A stretch of 64,000 bases of DNA from Chrysomallon squamiferum. Lineage: Eukaryota > Animalia > Mollusca. The position numbers were made by a program, and so were the translations under genes. The notes beneath the pieces are model-generated. The model was not told where the DNA came from. It ran no database searches and was given only the letters and a program-made list of their open reading frames with translations. Each line of letters starts with the position of its first letter. The first letter of the stretch is position 1. Below are positions 26,789 through 39,235 of the stretch, piece after piece. The stretch is from contig CM022665.1 of assembly GCA_012295275.1 (NCBI GenBank), positions 39,432,001 through 39,496,000 of the forward strand, given 5' to 3'.

Positions 26789-27579
26789 ATGTGTTTAATC
26801 CTATATGTTCTTGGCTGTAGATTCTAATAAAATAATTTTTGCACATGATAAACAATTCCAATTTGCACTAACTCAGAAAGAGAATTCAAAATGGACACCA
26901 TTATAAAGTAGAAAAAACAGATATTTGAATATTACTAAACGAAAAATCTTAATGTTACTTTCTCACCCGATGCTTCACAGGTTAAAAAGAAACGAAGTAT
27001 TTTAAATTAAAATTGACCTCTTTTATACTATTAAAGGCAGAAAAAGATGAAGAAAAAGAAAAATGGCCAACTGATTCTGTTATTACATTTGATCTGACAA
27101 AATATGTACACTGGGATGCTACTAAATCAATTTTCTAGGCCTCTTGAAAATCACTTCCTGGAATATTCAGAGCATTATCATAAATTAAATCATAATAATT
27201 AATACATATTATATATATATATATATATATATAAAAAGTATATTTGACTGTCAGTGCTAGTGTGATTTGTATACATGTAATGTGTATTGATGTATACATG
27301 TATTTATATATGCAAATATGAATATGTATTTATTTATTTATGTATTTTACACATGCACACATTTTTCTATGCATATATGATTTGTTTTTATGTATGTATG
27401 TATGTATGTATGTGTGCATACATATATGTATTTATCAGTAACTATTTATCTATTTTCTACAAAACGAGGTCAACCAGTAAGAATGTGGCTGTCACACACT
27501 TGCTGACAGCAGTAAGCTACAAGATCAAAGGAAAAGATGATGTAGGTCACAGAGTTCACGGATTTAGACCTCACACCTG

Positions 27580-27661
27580 TCATTTGACCTTTGTTGAGGT
27601 TTAATGTCTTATACCAAACAGTTAAACATAGAATACTTGCAGAAAGCTTTGTTTTCAAATA

Positions 27662-27709
<48 letters not shown>

Positions 27710-28540
27710 AAAAAAAAAAGAACATAAAAAAAACAGCAAGAAAGAAAAAGAATAAAGAAAAAAGTAAAAAAACAAAAACAAATAAAAAAACCAACAATGA
27801 AACAAGAAACAAAGTCAAAGTAAAAAGAAAAAAAGAAAAAAAATAACAACATAAGAGGATTAAAGATAGATAACCACAGACACAGAGATAGAGAATACAT
27901 TTTAAAAAGTGTAATGAAAAATGTTTTCTTTCTTACATTTATACTCAATATTCACATATTATTTAAAAAATCAATATTTTTTGTAAAAAATAAAAAAAAA
28001 AATAATAATAAAAAAAAAAAAAACAATGATAAAGTCAAATTTCTTTAATTGTTCATAAAAATGTACATATTTCATTTTCAAAAATAATTTCAATATGCAA
28101 ATAAGTGTAAAGAAATTTAAATTTATTAAAAATGCATTGAACAAATTTAATGTATCTATATATATATAAGTATATACAATTAATGAACTGCTTTTACAAT
28201 TATAAACATTGTATTTTAACATGTACATAACAACACTTGTAAATTTAGTGGGATTCATAAATGAAAGTATGTATGAATTTGAATTCAGTACCAAATCTAC
28301 AAGCATTTTTTGTTTCTTTTTCTGAGACGTATCACATAGTGACAAAAATTAAAGCTTAATATGGGAAATTAATAAATAAATACAGCGAAACATTTAAAAC
28401 TCTTTTGTTTTTGTTTTTTCTTCCTTTTTATCACCATATGTGATTGAAAGGAACAAGTAAATGAAAAAATTGTAAGTCAAATATCCATAGTTTCATTTGA
28501 TGTTTTGCATTCATGTAAATATCAACAGCTAACAAACAAA

Positions 28541-28571
<31 letters not shown>

Positions 28572-30929
28572 CAATAAAAAATAAAAACAAAATAACAATA
28601 AAATTTTGAAAGAAACAAGACAGTTCCTCCAAATTTGGTAGATTTTAAATATATACAAGTAAATAAGACATTTTATACTGTATTATTTAAAAATAAAATA
28701 AAATTCTCTACAAAAACAAGAAGAAAATTTAAAGCGATTTAGACAAAAAAACCTTGCTAAAGGAAATAAATAATGAATGCTAGATTAAATCACAATATAA
28801 TGCAAACAAAAAACATTCTAAATCAGTTTTCTTATATTTTTGAAAATATACTAAGTTTTATTAAGGAACATGTAATGAAGGCCTATAATGTCTAACATCA
28901 GCATTTCAGAATTTCAGAGTGAATGTTCCGTTATCAAAAACATTTTTTTTGAGCAGGGGGCTTTTAATACAAATTTATAATAATAACTCAAAATAAACTA
29001 ATCAAAGAAATGAATGTAAAAACTTTCTAAGTTAGACTATTAAGTTATATCTGTGTTTGGGTTTGGTGGCTGTTTTACATTTAATACTTTTGAGAAGTGC
29101 TTAATTTATAATTTAAAAAAAAAAAAAAAAAAAAAACGAAAAAAAAAAACGTTATATATTTCAGACAGGCATTTGTCTTCTTTATCTACATAAACTAAAG
29201 AAAATTAAAAAAACTAAGAGAAAAAGAAAAAGAAGAAGAAGAAAAAATAAATAAAGATAGGCAAAATATATTTATAAGAATTAGTAATCAATAAATCTTC
29301 TTTTGACAATTCAGTTTTTATAACAAATAAAGAATGTATAAATATAAATGTACTATACTGTAATGAGATAATGAGCTTGTAAAAGATTTGATCAAGTAAA
29401 ATACAATGTTTCTGTTATAGTAAATATCACAACAGGATCCTGGTGTGCGTCTGTGTGTTTTATTTTTATTTTTAAATTAACAGTTTAATATTAATATTAA
29501 ATTAGTATAACATATATACAAAATTTAGATTTGTGTATTTCAGCACAATTTTTTTTAAATTTTATCTTCTTTATAGCATGTATTTTATTTTTGTACATTT
29601 TTTAAAACAAATACAATTTCATGAATAACAGATTGTTTAGTAAAAAAGATTCTTAGTGATGCACTTTAATATGTTTATTTATATGTTTAAACATCTGCTT
29701 GATAAATATTTAGCTAATATTCAGGTGAGAAGTATACAGTGTATGAGATGAACAGGTGTTCATATCTTGATGTTCTATAAATATATTATTAAATTCATTT
29801 TCGTATCTGAATAAATTATAACATATACTTGTTTATAATCTAAATTTCATTTAGATAAAATCATTTGTTCATGTATTATCTTTTGTAACAAACATTTGTA
29901 AATTGTAAACAGTAAATTCCTAACCTACTGGTTTTTACAAAAAACATACATACTTTAGTGTACCTCTAGTATCATATGATTAACTTTTAACCTACTGAAA
30001 CTGGTAAATTCACAGAATTTACATGTTTGAAATCATACAATTTCAGAGTAAACAGTTTATTATTAACTAATGAAGCTTATTTACATATCATTAAACATGA
30101 ATCAATGACAACTAGACAATATTTATTAATAAAGATGCATTTATTTACAATATATTTAAAAATGTAATAACGATAACTGTACAATAAGTTCATTTATTAA
30201 TAAAGACACAACAATTTAAATATCTTTAAAATTTTATAAATAAACAAAGAGTAAATTTATTAATAAGGAAATAACTATTTAACTATATCTTTGAACTTGT
30301 ATTACTGATAACAAAATAAACAGCTAATTAATTGCCATGGACACAGAATGTGTTTTTCACTGAGAATAGAAGCTTTTGTAACAGTGCTTTATATAAAGTG
30401 ACATTTATTTATTTATTTATATATTTCTAATTGAGTGAATAAGTGAGTGTGCGACTGTTCAGTGGTCCAGTGATAAAGAAAAAACACACCATGTCAAGAA
30501 AATAGAGAATAAAAATGCAGAAAGATGAATTTGTGACAACAGAACAGCAAAGAATTCACTGAAATGATTAGAAAAGCCAAATCAGAGTGATTAATTATCA
30601 ACCATTTACTGAATCTGGTGAAAACAGTGTCTTGGATAATTCAGATCCGTTTAATCATTGTAGTATATTAATTTATGAAAATAACAAAGTTATGGAATGC
30701 CAGATAAAATTATATTGCACAGCAAGATTTCATAGAGGTTTGAGAAATTTAGCCCCCAAAAAAAAAAAAAAAAAAAAAGAATAAAAAAGTTAAACAGTGA
30801 GAAAAAAAGTCACTGTAATAATAAATAAACAAGTAAATCAATCAATCAATCAATCAATCAAAATAATTAAGAAAAAACAATCCTCGGAACAGTAGTTAAT
30901 TTAATAACATTAACAATAATAATATTTAA

Positions 30930-30960
<31 letters not shown>

Positions 30961-32748
30961 TTGTAGTAAAGAATCAAAGTTAAATGATAATTATTTTCCA
31001 CTAATAACAATATAACTATAACAGAGTCAAACCATGCAGAACACACACACATACAGATGTAAGATTATTTTAATAAAAAGCACGACATAATAAAAATCAC
31101 AGTGACGTGCTTTGACATTAGTAAATCATGCTAAGAACAACAGCAACACACTTTCTGGGTTGTTATGACAACATGCTGTTAATACACAGAAAAAAAACAA
31201 AATGGAGGCAACATTTTTCAAAAATTCAGAAAAACCCCAGCAGAAACAAGACAGTAAGGCCAATACTGGAATGTGCAGACATTGAAATAAATAAATAAAA
31301 TAAATAAATATTATTAAAAAAAAAAAAAAACAAAAAAAAAAAAACATTTAAAAATCACTTGTAATAAATGCAAAAATCCAAGAAAAGATAAACTGGACAA
31401 GCAAGAGATGAGCCCATTGCCAAGGGAAATAACTGGGCACCATTCCCAGCATGCAGTCAGTGTTTTAGGCAACATCATCTTCTAGGCCTGCCAAAAAGAA
31501 AAATACTAAAATACTAAATTGTATTTGGCTTCTTTATGACAAATCAGTTTTGCTCTCCAAATTTAAATACTTTCCAATCTTCTTTTTCTGTTGTTTTCTT
31601 TGTAAATTTTAATTTTTTTTTTAAATTAAAATTTTTCTTGTTGTTGTATTTGTGAAAGGATTTTATTATTATTATTATTTTTTTTTTTCTGACAATTTCT
31701 TTTATTAAATTATGTATGGTAAAATGATTTTTTGTATTAGTTCAAGTACACAAATTAAAATAATGACACACAGTTACAGAAATGAACTGAATAATTATAA
31801 AAAAAATATATCAAACTATTGTTATTTCTAATATCTTATTTCTGAACCAAGACAAAACATTATTATGTGGTAAGAAAAAAAAAAAAAAAAAAAAAAAAAA
31901 AAGACCACAATAAATTTTTAAAAATGTTAATTAAAATACCAGTCATCACAAAATTTTACTGAAATGAAAAACAAATACATTCAACACACATTCCATTGAG
32001 TAAATCATGCACAAACATCCTTAAACCACCAAAGCATTCTGGCAAAATGATATCCCTGCTTCCAAATGCTGGTAACAGCATTAAAAAAAAAAAAAAAAAA
32101 AAAATTGCACAACTAGAGCAACGAGCAACATATTCACAACCAAAATTATTATCAATAAAATGAGCAATAAAGATTGTTCTAAACTGAAAACTATTAAACA
32201 CAGCCACAGTTTATAAAAATTGGGAATGAATCAAGTATAATTCAGGTCATTATGAAAAAAAAATAAAAAATTTATTAATTAAAAATCAAGTAATAATACA
32301 ATCTTTGAAATGAGATTTCCTGGAAAAGATGAGAAATAAAATAAAATGAAATAAAATAAATAACTAAAATTAAGAAATTAAAACTCTGTGTAATATTGAA
32401 TATGAGATGTCACAAAAGTATTTTTTGTTACAATCATGTTGGTTTTGATGTTTGTTAATACAATGAATGTCCAGTCCCTTAATTATAAAATATTTTACTG
32501 GTGGTCACCAGGTTTTGCTCTCATTATTTTATGTACAAATAAGAAGAAACAATTGCTAAACCCAAATAAATACCAAGCCACATGCTTTAATAAATATTTT
32601 AAGAAGTTTCACCTTAAAAAAAAAAAAGACTAAATAAATAAAAGAAAAGATAAAATAGAAACTAACAAAACTGTCCCAAGATACAACCTTCATCATTCAT
32701 GCATTCGAAATGGAATGTAGTTTTAAGTGTAAAATGCAGAAGTAAAAG
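27580..32748 (-). other. Probable long (~5 kb) U-rich 3' UTR of CCDC88
   Basis: Continuous CpG-poor sequence that is T-rich on the minus strand after the stop codon. Candidate ATTAAA signal at 27600-27605, near where composition changes. The end point is inferred. Confidence 0.4.
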
Positions 32749-34884
32749 CTAAACACAACCATACTCATACCAAACAGCATTCTGTTTTGGTCCCTGTTGT
32801 TGTTGTTGTTGTTGCGGCTGAGGATTAGAAGCTGAAGATGATGCTGTTGGTTGTTCATCTGACTTCACAGATCTGGATGACGGTGGTCTGCTGATAACAG
32901 GTTTTGTCTGTGGCTGAATGCGAGCTGTTGGTGTCTGTGCTGATGGTGACCGACTGGAATGGTTTGTTAACAAACGTTCAACAGCAGTCTGAGAACTTGT
33001 CTGGTTGGTGTTTGGCTGCTGAGGTCCTGGCAAGCTGCTTGATGATCTTGGTGCATTTTGAGGCATCTGACTGAAATTAGGGCCTACACCAGTAGCTAAA
33101 TCTCGGCTTCTGCGCGGAGGTGGTACAGGAGGAACATTGCCTCGGGAATTCGAGTGATCATCAGCTGACATGTGAATGGCCTGATCAAATAGATGAGGAG
33201 GCACAGATTTTGGTCGTTCTACAGGAACCTGTCTGCTGTTGCTGCTGCTGCTGCTGTTACTACCACCACCTTGATTCAGATTGTTGTGACATGTTACTGT
33301 ATGGATGAGTGTTACAGGCTGCATGACACCACTGCTGTTGTTGCTGGAAACTGCTATTCTTTTTTCATTACCATGGCCTGAATGGTCTGCAGATGAGTAT
33401 AATGGAACTTCAGACTTTACTGAAAACTGGCTGCTAGTAGAGGTGGCCTGACCCAGGGCACTGGACGGACGTTTAATCAATTTATTTGAACTTGCTGGAC
33501 GGCCTTGTGGGAACAAAGCTTGAGAGGCACTCTGTCGACTGTGAGATATTTGGCGATCTCCAGAGAGGCGGTTTACGAAACCTCCAGCGGGAGGCTTGCC
33601 AAGAGAGTAGTGACCAGAACTGGAAATTGGGGGATGAGATGATGGATTTCTTTGTGGCTTCACCTCTCGACTTGGTCTTTCCAGACTGGCTGAAATGCTG
33701 GAGTTCTGAAAGCTGGAGTTTGAGCTGGACGGCTGTAAGGCACTCATCATTTTGTCCAGCCTTTCACTGGGAGAAAGACCTTGGTCCCTTTCTACTGGGG
33801 TCGGTGGCAATTCTCTGGACACTGGACGATTACTTGCTGCTTGTGAAGATGGTGGAGGAGGAGGAGGTGTAGAGAAAGGCGGTTCAGAACCTGATGTATA
33901 CTGAGGCTGACTCATACCTACAAAGCGATTTATACGTGACTGTCCTGTGTAGGTCTGAGGATAACCACTGTTGGCAGGATCAGAAGAGGCTTGGCCAATG
34001 TAATGGTCCATTGAGGAGGATGGAATGTATGGCTGTGCACCGCTGGATGCATGGTGACTGTCTTGTCGTGGCAGTGTGGACTGAGGAGTTTCATTATGAT
34101 AGGAAGATCTCACATAGTGTTGCTCATCAGATTTATGAGAAGATCCTGAGGACATATGATCATCTTGGTACTGTGATGATGACAAAGGAGACTGTAGTTG
34201 TGTCTTGGATGACTGACAGTACTGTGAAGCATTCACTGATGATGTCTGAAAATACTGTGACCCAGACCCTGAAGTCTGCAGATGCTGATTGATAGTTAAA
34301 TATGACAATGGATGTGGCTGTGAGCCAGACTGCTGATGTTGTTGGACACTCATAGATGACTGTGGTCGCTGGGATACAGGCGACTGAACATTCTGTGAAT
34401 TATTAGCTGAAGACTGATTATACAGTGAGGATGGAACATTACTGGATCTCTTTGGTGTAACGTACGATCCATGGCTTCTGGAATTATAACCAGATAGATC
34501 ATCTAGTCTCTGAGATGATTGCTGATGTCTTGCTAGTTCAACACTGACACTTTTTGGTCTCTCTGGCTGCCCATAGGGTCTGGGACATGTCACTGAAGAC
34601 TTCAGCTTTGGAGTTGATGTTTTAACATCTTGTCTAGAGAGAGGAGAGATATCTGTCGGATTGCTGTTGGATGAAATACCAGACAGTCTGGACATGTTGG
34701 ATAGATTTAGATCTCCTGTTGCTGTGATATCCACCATAGGGCTGGAAATCCTGCGACTTCTGTCCTGTGAAAGTGAAACTGGTGTTGGTCGACGTAAAGT
34801 GACTTTGCTGGTGTAGTCTGACATTGTACTGGATGCACTGTGAGACTCAGAGTCATCCAGCTTTCTACTGTCACCAGACTTCTC
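32749..34884 (-). CDS. CCDC88: CCDC88 terminal coding exon: S/Q/P-rich disordered tail ending in a PDZ-binding motif
   Basis: tttgcag acceptor and 711 open codons ending AVWYEYGCV*, matching the Daple (CCDC88C) C-terminus. Confidence 0.95.
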   Translation of the reverse strand, partial: EKSGDSRKLDDSESHSASSTMSDYTSKVTLRRPTPVSLSQDRSRRISSPMVDITATGDLNLSNMSRLSGISSNSNPTDISPLSRQDVKTSTPKLKSSVTCPRPYGQPERPKSVSVELARHQQSSQRLDDLSGYNSRSHGSYVTPKRSSNVPSSLYNQSSANNSQNVQSPVSQRPQSSMSVQQHQQSGSQPHPLSYLTINQHLQTSGSGSQYFQTSSVNASQYCQSSKTQLQSPLSSSQYQDDHMSSGSSHKSDEQHYVRSSYHNETPQSTLPRQDSHHASSGAQPYIPSSSMDHYIGQASSDPANSGYPQTYTGQSRINRFVGMSQPQYTSGSEPPFSTPPPPPPSSQAASNRPVSRELPPTPVERDQGLSPSERLDKMMSALQPSSSNSSFQNSSISASLERPSREVKPQRNPSSHPPISSSGHYSLGKPPAGGFVNRLSGDRQISHSRQSASQALFPQGRPASSNKLIKRPSSALGQATSTSSQFSVKSEVPLYSSADHSGHGNEKRIAVSSNNSSGVMQPVTLIHTVTCHNNLNQGGGSNSSSSSNSRQVPVERPKSVPPHLFDQAIHMSADDHSNSRGNVPPVPPPRRSRDLATGVGPNFSQMPQNAPRSSSSLPGPQQPNTNQTSSQTAVERLLTNHSSRSPSAQTPTARIQPQTKPVISRPPSSRSVKSDEQPTASSSASNPQPQQQQQQQGPKQNAVWYEYGCV

Positions 34885-35160
34885 CTGCAAAATAAATGAC
34901 AAAATTAACAAATACTAGTGTATTCATTTCAAAATATGAAACAATACACCCCATCCAAAAAACCTATGACCCACAAAAACTATTTGTAACAAAAAAGCTG
35001 AAAAGTAAATAAACTACTGCTACTACTGGTACCATTACTATAACAGCAGTAACAACTACTATAACTATGCAACTACTAATATTAATATTACTACTATTAC
35101 TGCTGACAGTAATAATAACAACAGAAACAACAACAATAATAAAAACATCCCAAATCATAA

Positions 35161-35195
<35 letters not shown>

Positions 35196-35201
35196 ACTCA
35201 C

Positions 35202-35365
35202 TTTTCCTGGTGTTTTATTGGCCTCAGACAGAAACTGTTCAAGGGTGATGAGTTCACTTCCAGGTGAATCTTTGCCTGACAAGTGTCCTGAACTTTTTGA
35301 CTTGATTGACAGGGGAGAGAATCCTGCATCCTGGTCATCTTCAAGACTGCCTGGCTTGCCAGAAC
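35202..35365 (-). CDS. CCDC88: CCDC88 exon encoding the GBA (G-alpha binding and activating) motif
   Basis: Reads ...KDSPGSELITLEQFLSEANKTPGK versus human GIV KTGSPGSEVVTLQQFLEESNK. tag/gtgagt. Confidence 0.93.
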
Positions 35366-35756
35366 CTAAATTTAATAATATTATTATCTACTGTGAACAT
35401 AAATGAATAATATCTATCATATGAGTTATCATTCTGACTTAACGCAGTGAAATATTGAAATTAAAATTTTCAAAAACTTAAATCAAAATAAATGTTCTTT
35501 TCTTTAATTTTATCGAAAATAAATCGATACAATTTACAAATAATATAAATTTTAAAAATTAAATAGGAAATGTCCTGACATAGTTAAACAATGGAATTAT
35601 TAAGCAAAAAGAACTTAATAAAGAACTTTTTTAAATGAACACAGCCATATAAAGGTAAACAAAAAAAATAATAAAAACGTAAAATAATTTACTTCCAGTT
35701 AAAAAAACAAATGCATATATATTCATTATAATCTCAGAAATTTAATAATAATAATA

Positions 35757-35795
<39 letters not shown>

Positions 35796-35901
35796 TAATA
35801 ATAATTTCTTCTTATTAATAATACATTTTGTCCCCAAGATTTCAACTCGACAACAATCTAATTCTAAATGGTGCATTGTATATAAAGCTCATGCAAAATA
35901 C

Positions 35902-35997
35902 CTGACTGAAGATGTAAAGAACTACCAGATGACAGGGAATCCTTTTCACCAGTGTGTGTAGTTGTGTCATTCAGAAGATCATCGTTTGACTTAGCAC
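35902..35997 (-). CDS. CCDC88: CCDC88 exon (symmetric phase 1-1)
   Basis: Reads GAKSNDDLLNDTTTHTGEKDSLSSGSSLHLQS. cag/gtattt, 96 nt. Confidence 0.78.
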
Positions 35998-37554
35998 CTG
36001 AAGACAGAACACTAACCATAACCAAAGTGCCATGCAACAACATGCAGTCTGCTGTTTTAATTACTATTACTATTATTATTATTATTATTATTATTGTTAT
36101 TGTTATCGCTATTATTGTTATTATTATTGCTAAAGGTTTTATCATCATCATCTTGAACACTTTATTATCATCATCATTATTGCTATGATCAATATCATCT
36201 TTATCATCATTATTACTAATATTATTGTGTTATCTGACATCAAATAAACAAATTTCTAATTCATTTCAAAGACAAGATATTTCAAGAATTTTAAGAATAA
36301 CCTTTTTTTATCTTTAAAAAAAATGTTATGACCATTTATAAAATTAACCGAACATTTACGATCCAAATTAAAGATGTTAAATTTAATAAACAGCAAACTT
36401 TATGAAATTATTTATTTAAAAGAAAACATTTGTAACTTATCTTAAAGATATATATATATATTTTTTTTTTTTTCAGTGTTGAAGAAAATATTTAAAATTT
36501 ATGATAAAGAACACCTGTCATTTTAAAGAGAACATTTATAATTTATCTTAAAGAAAATAAATGTTATTCATAATAAATATCCAGCTGTTCTTTTATTTAA
36601 TTACAACATGTTTAGTGTGTGTAGCAATGTGGCACACATCAATCTACATCTGTGTGTACACACACACACACATCATCATTTTATTTGTGTATGTTTTTTA
36701 AATAACTATGCTTCTGCTTTTCATAATGAGAATATTTGATTTTATTTGAAGTATTTCTTGTTCTTTTGCTAATATTTTATTAGTACTTTTTTCTTCTTTT
36801 TTTTTTCACAATAGATTAATTAAAACACACTATGTGCAGTTCTCAATCTGAAATTGGCAAATTATAACAGCAACCATGCAAAAATACCATTAAATTGAGT
36901 CAAAAATAAATAAATATTTTTGTGTATTTTGCTTTTCCAAGTTATTTGTCTAAATAGTAACATTTCATTTATTATAATTATTACTGCTTTGAGTATTCAG
37001 ACACGTTACATTATCATCATTTTTAACATGCACTGATACTGTAATATTTTATTTAGTTTAAAATATACTTTAAAAAAGTAATTATTTCATGTGAAAATAA
37101 GTTTATAATTCAAAGCATTACTGTTTTATTATATTTTAACCAAAGAAATATTAAAAGATGCTTCAGTTAAAAACAGCACACATGATTTTCTTGATAAAGC
37201 ATTTTTTCATTTAATTATATAATGCTGTTCATGATATTCATTCTTCCAAACTGTTCCCATGGACTACTTCACTAGCCAGCATCTCAGAAATATATCTGCT
37301 TTTCCACCAAGGAATAAAAGTATAAAAGATACCTCATTGCTAATTTATATGAAAAATATCAATGGTTTCAGAGGTATTGAGTTTTACATCATCACTAAAT
37401 GAACACCAAATGATTAATAATCATTAATATTAAAAATAAATTTTTATTTTTATTATTATAACATTAATTGCAAAAAATATAATGGTAAAACAGTATTTTT
37501 AAAAAGGTCTTATAAAATAAAAACTTTTGGAATTATTATTATTGTTATTATTAC

Positions 37555-37585
<31 letters not shown>

Positions 37586-37802
37586 TTAATCTACAAACTC
37601 AAGTGCTCTCTACAAAATCAAAAATACAAACACAAATTATAAAACCCCACACAAACTATCTGTGCTAGTTGCAAAGTACTACATTTTCACTACCACTACA
37701 CATAAATACACTATGTGCGTTTAAATACATGTTCGGTACGATAAAATTCACTACGCTGATGGTGCAGTTGACGACACGATTTGACAGTGACGATGTGATT
37801 AC

Positions 37803-37940
37803 CTCGAAGTCTGGACAACCCCCCAGAGGAGTGGAGGGATGCCAAGGCAGTAGTTGATTTTGCAAGGGTTTTGTTTTGCTTTGCGAGATGTGGGCTGGAT
37901 GAAGAAATGTCTGCACTACTTCGTCTAAAAGCTTTCTTAT
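37803..37940 (-). CDS. CCDC88: CCDC88 exon (symmetric phase 1-1, possible cassette)
   Basis: Reads DKKAFRRSSADISSSSPHLAKQNKTLAKSTTALASLHSSGGLSRLR. cag/gtaatc, 138 nt. Confidence 0.72.
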
Positions 37941-38075
37941 CTGAATTAACAAGTGCAAAGAAACAAAACTGTAACAAACAACGTCAGTAACAAACTGGTT
38001 TGAGTTTTAAAAACAACAAGTTAATTACAGATTAGGTTCCTGAAAGCAAAATGCAGATGAAATTGCAGCAGCAAG

Positions 38076-38111
<36 letters not shown>

Positions 38112-38804
38112 AAAAAAAAAATAAAAAAAAAAAAAAAAAAAAAAGATTAAAATTTAAAAAAAAATAAATAAAAATAAAAATAAAAATAATAATAACATAA
38201 TAATATGAATTAAAAAAAAGAAAATATATATTGATTTAACTTCTAGAAAATTTTAATTTCAATAAAAATAAACAATATTCCAAAAGAAATCCAAGAAGAA
38301 AAGAAATCAATATTGTTTTTATAAGTCCAAAGCAAATCAAAACAGTTATATAAAGGAAAACAGAAAATTATATTAGTCTCACAAACATAACTCCAAACTT
38401 AGGTTCAAACTTTACATTGTTAACAAATCTATTAAATTTAAACTATTAGCTTCAATAACAAAACTTTTGTTAAAATTAATTTAAAAAAAAACAAGCCATA
38501 AAATGAAACAAATGTTATAAACAAAAACGCTAACATGTTATTAAAACAAAAAATGCATGATGTTCCACTGTTTGTAATTTTATGATGAAAATACTATGAT
38601 ATACTGTACAGTACAAAACTTTAGACTTTAAATGTTTAAATAATAATTAAGAATCATCTATTATAGATTTAAAAAGATAAAAATAAACATAGTAACTAGA
38701 ATAAGGCAGTTAATATCAAATATTAAACACATACTAATGTCAAGCTAATTAATTTTAAGATGAAATGTCTCTCTCAGCAAACTGAAAGACCTCCACACCC
38801 TCCC

Positions 38805-38940
38805 AAAAATTAAACAAATTAAAATTAGATAAAAACCCAAATTTTTAAAAGCAGTATCATAAATAAAAATTAAAAATTAAACAAATTAAAATTAGATAAA
38901 AACCCAACATTTTTTAAAAGCAGTATCATAAATAAAAAAT
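38805..38940. repeat. ~67-bp near-perfect tandem duplication (intronic)
   Basis: aaaaattaaacaaattaaaattagataaaaacccaa...ttttaaaagcagtatcataaataaaaa occurs twice. Confidence 0.9.
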
Positions 38941-39126
38941 AAATAAATACATAAACAAAAAAACAAAAAAAATAAAATGCAGCAAAGGCCCAAAAGGAAA
39001 AAGAGATTTTGCAGTTCATTCACAGAATGTCTCTCTCTGTTTGTTTTAATTTCTGTTTCATGTAAGAAAAAATGATTTGTATTAATTCATGACAAATATG
39101 TATGGATTATCTGATTGATTACTAAC

Positions 39127-39235
39127 CTGTTTTACTGTTCACTTTCTCGGTGGAATCTCCATGTGAACCAGATCCAAGTGAAGAATTTTCAGGACTGTCT
39201 TCTGATAAGTTGGGTCGACTTTTGCTTCTTTGTGT
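39127..39235 (-). CDS. CCDC88: CCDC88 exon
   Basis: Reads TQRSKSRPNLSEDSPENSSLGSGSHGDSTEKVNSKT. cag/gttagt, phase 0-1. Confidence 0.85.

Noticed and set aside
27663-27720. Long poly(A) run as a retrocopy or SINE tail
   Set aside because: A runs of this kind occur throughout the window; no target-site duplication or recognisable element upstream.
28170-32540. Several Pumilio-type TGTAHATA matches in the putative 3' UTR
   Set aside because: Expected often by chance at this AT content; cannot be called without an enrichment test.
37235-37300. Possible extra terminal exon after an aagcag acceptor
   Set aside because: The phase-compatible frame gives only DIFLRCWLVK* and the pyrimidine tract is poor.
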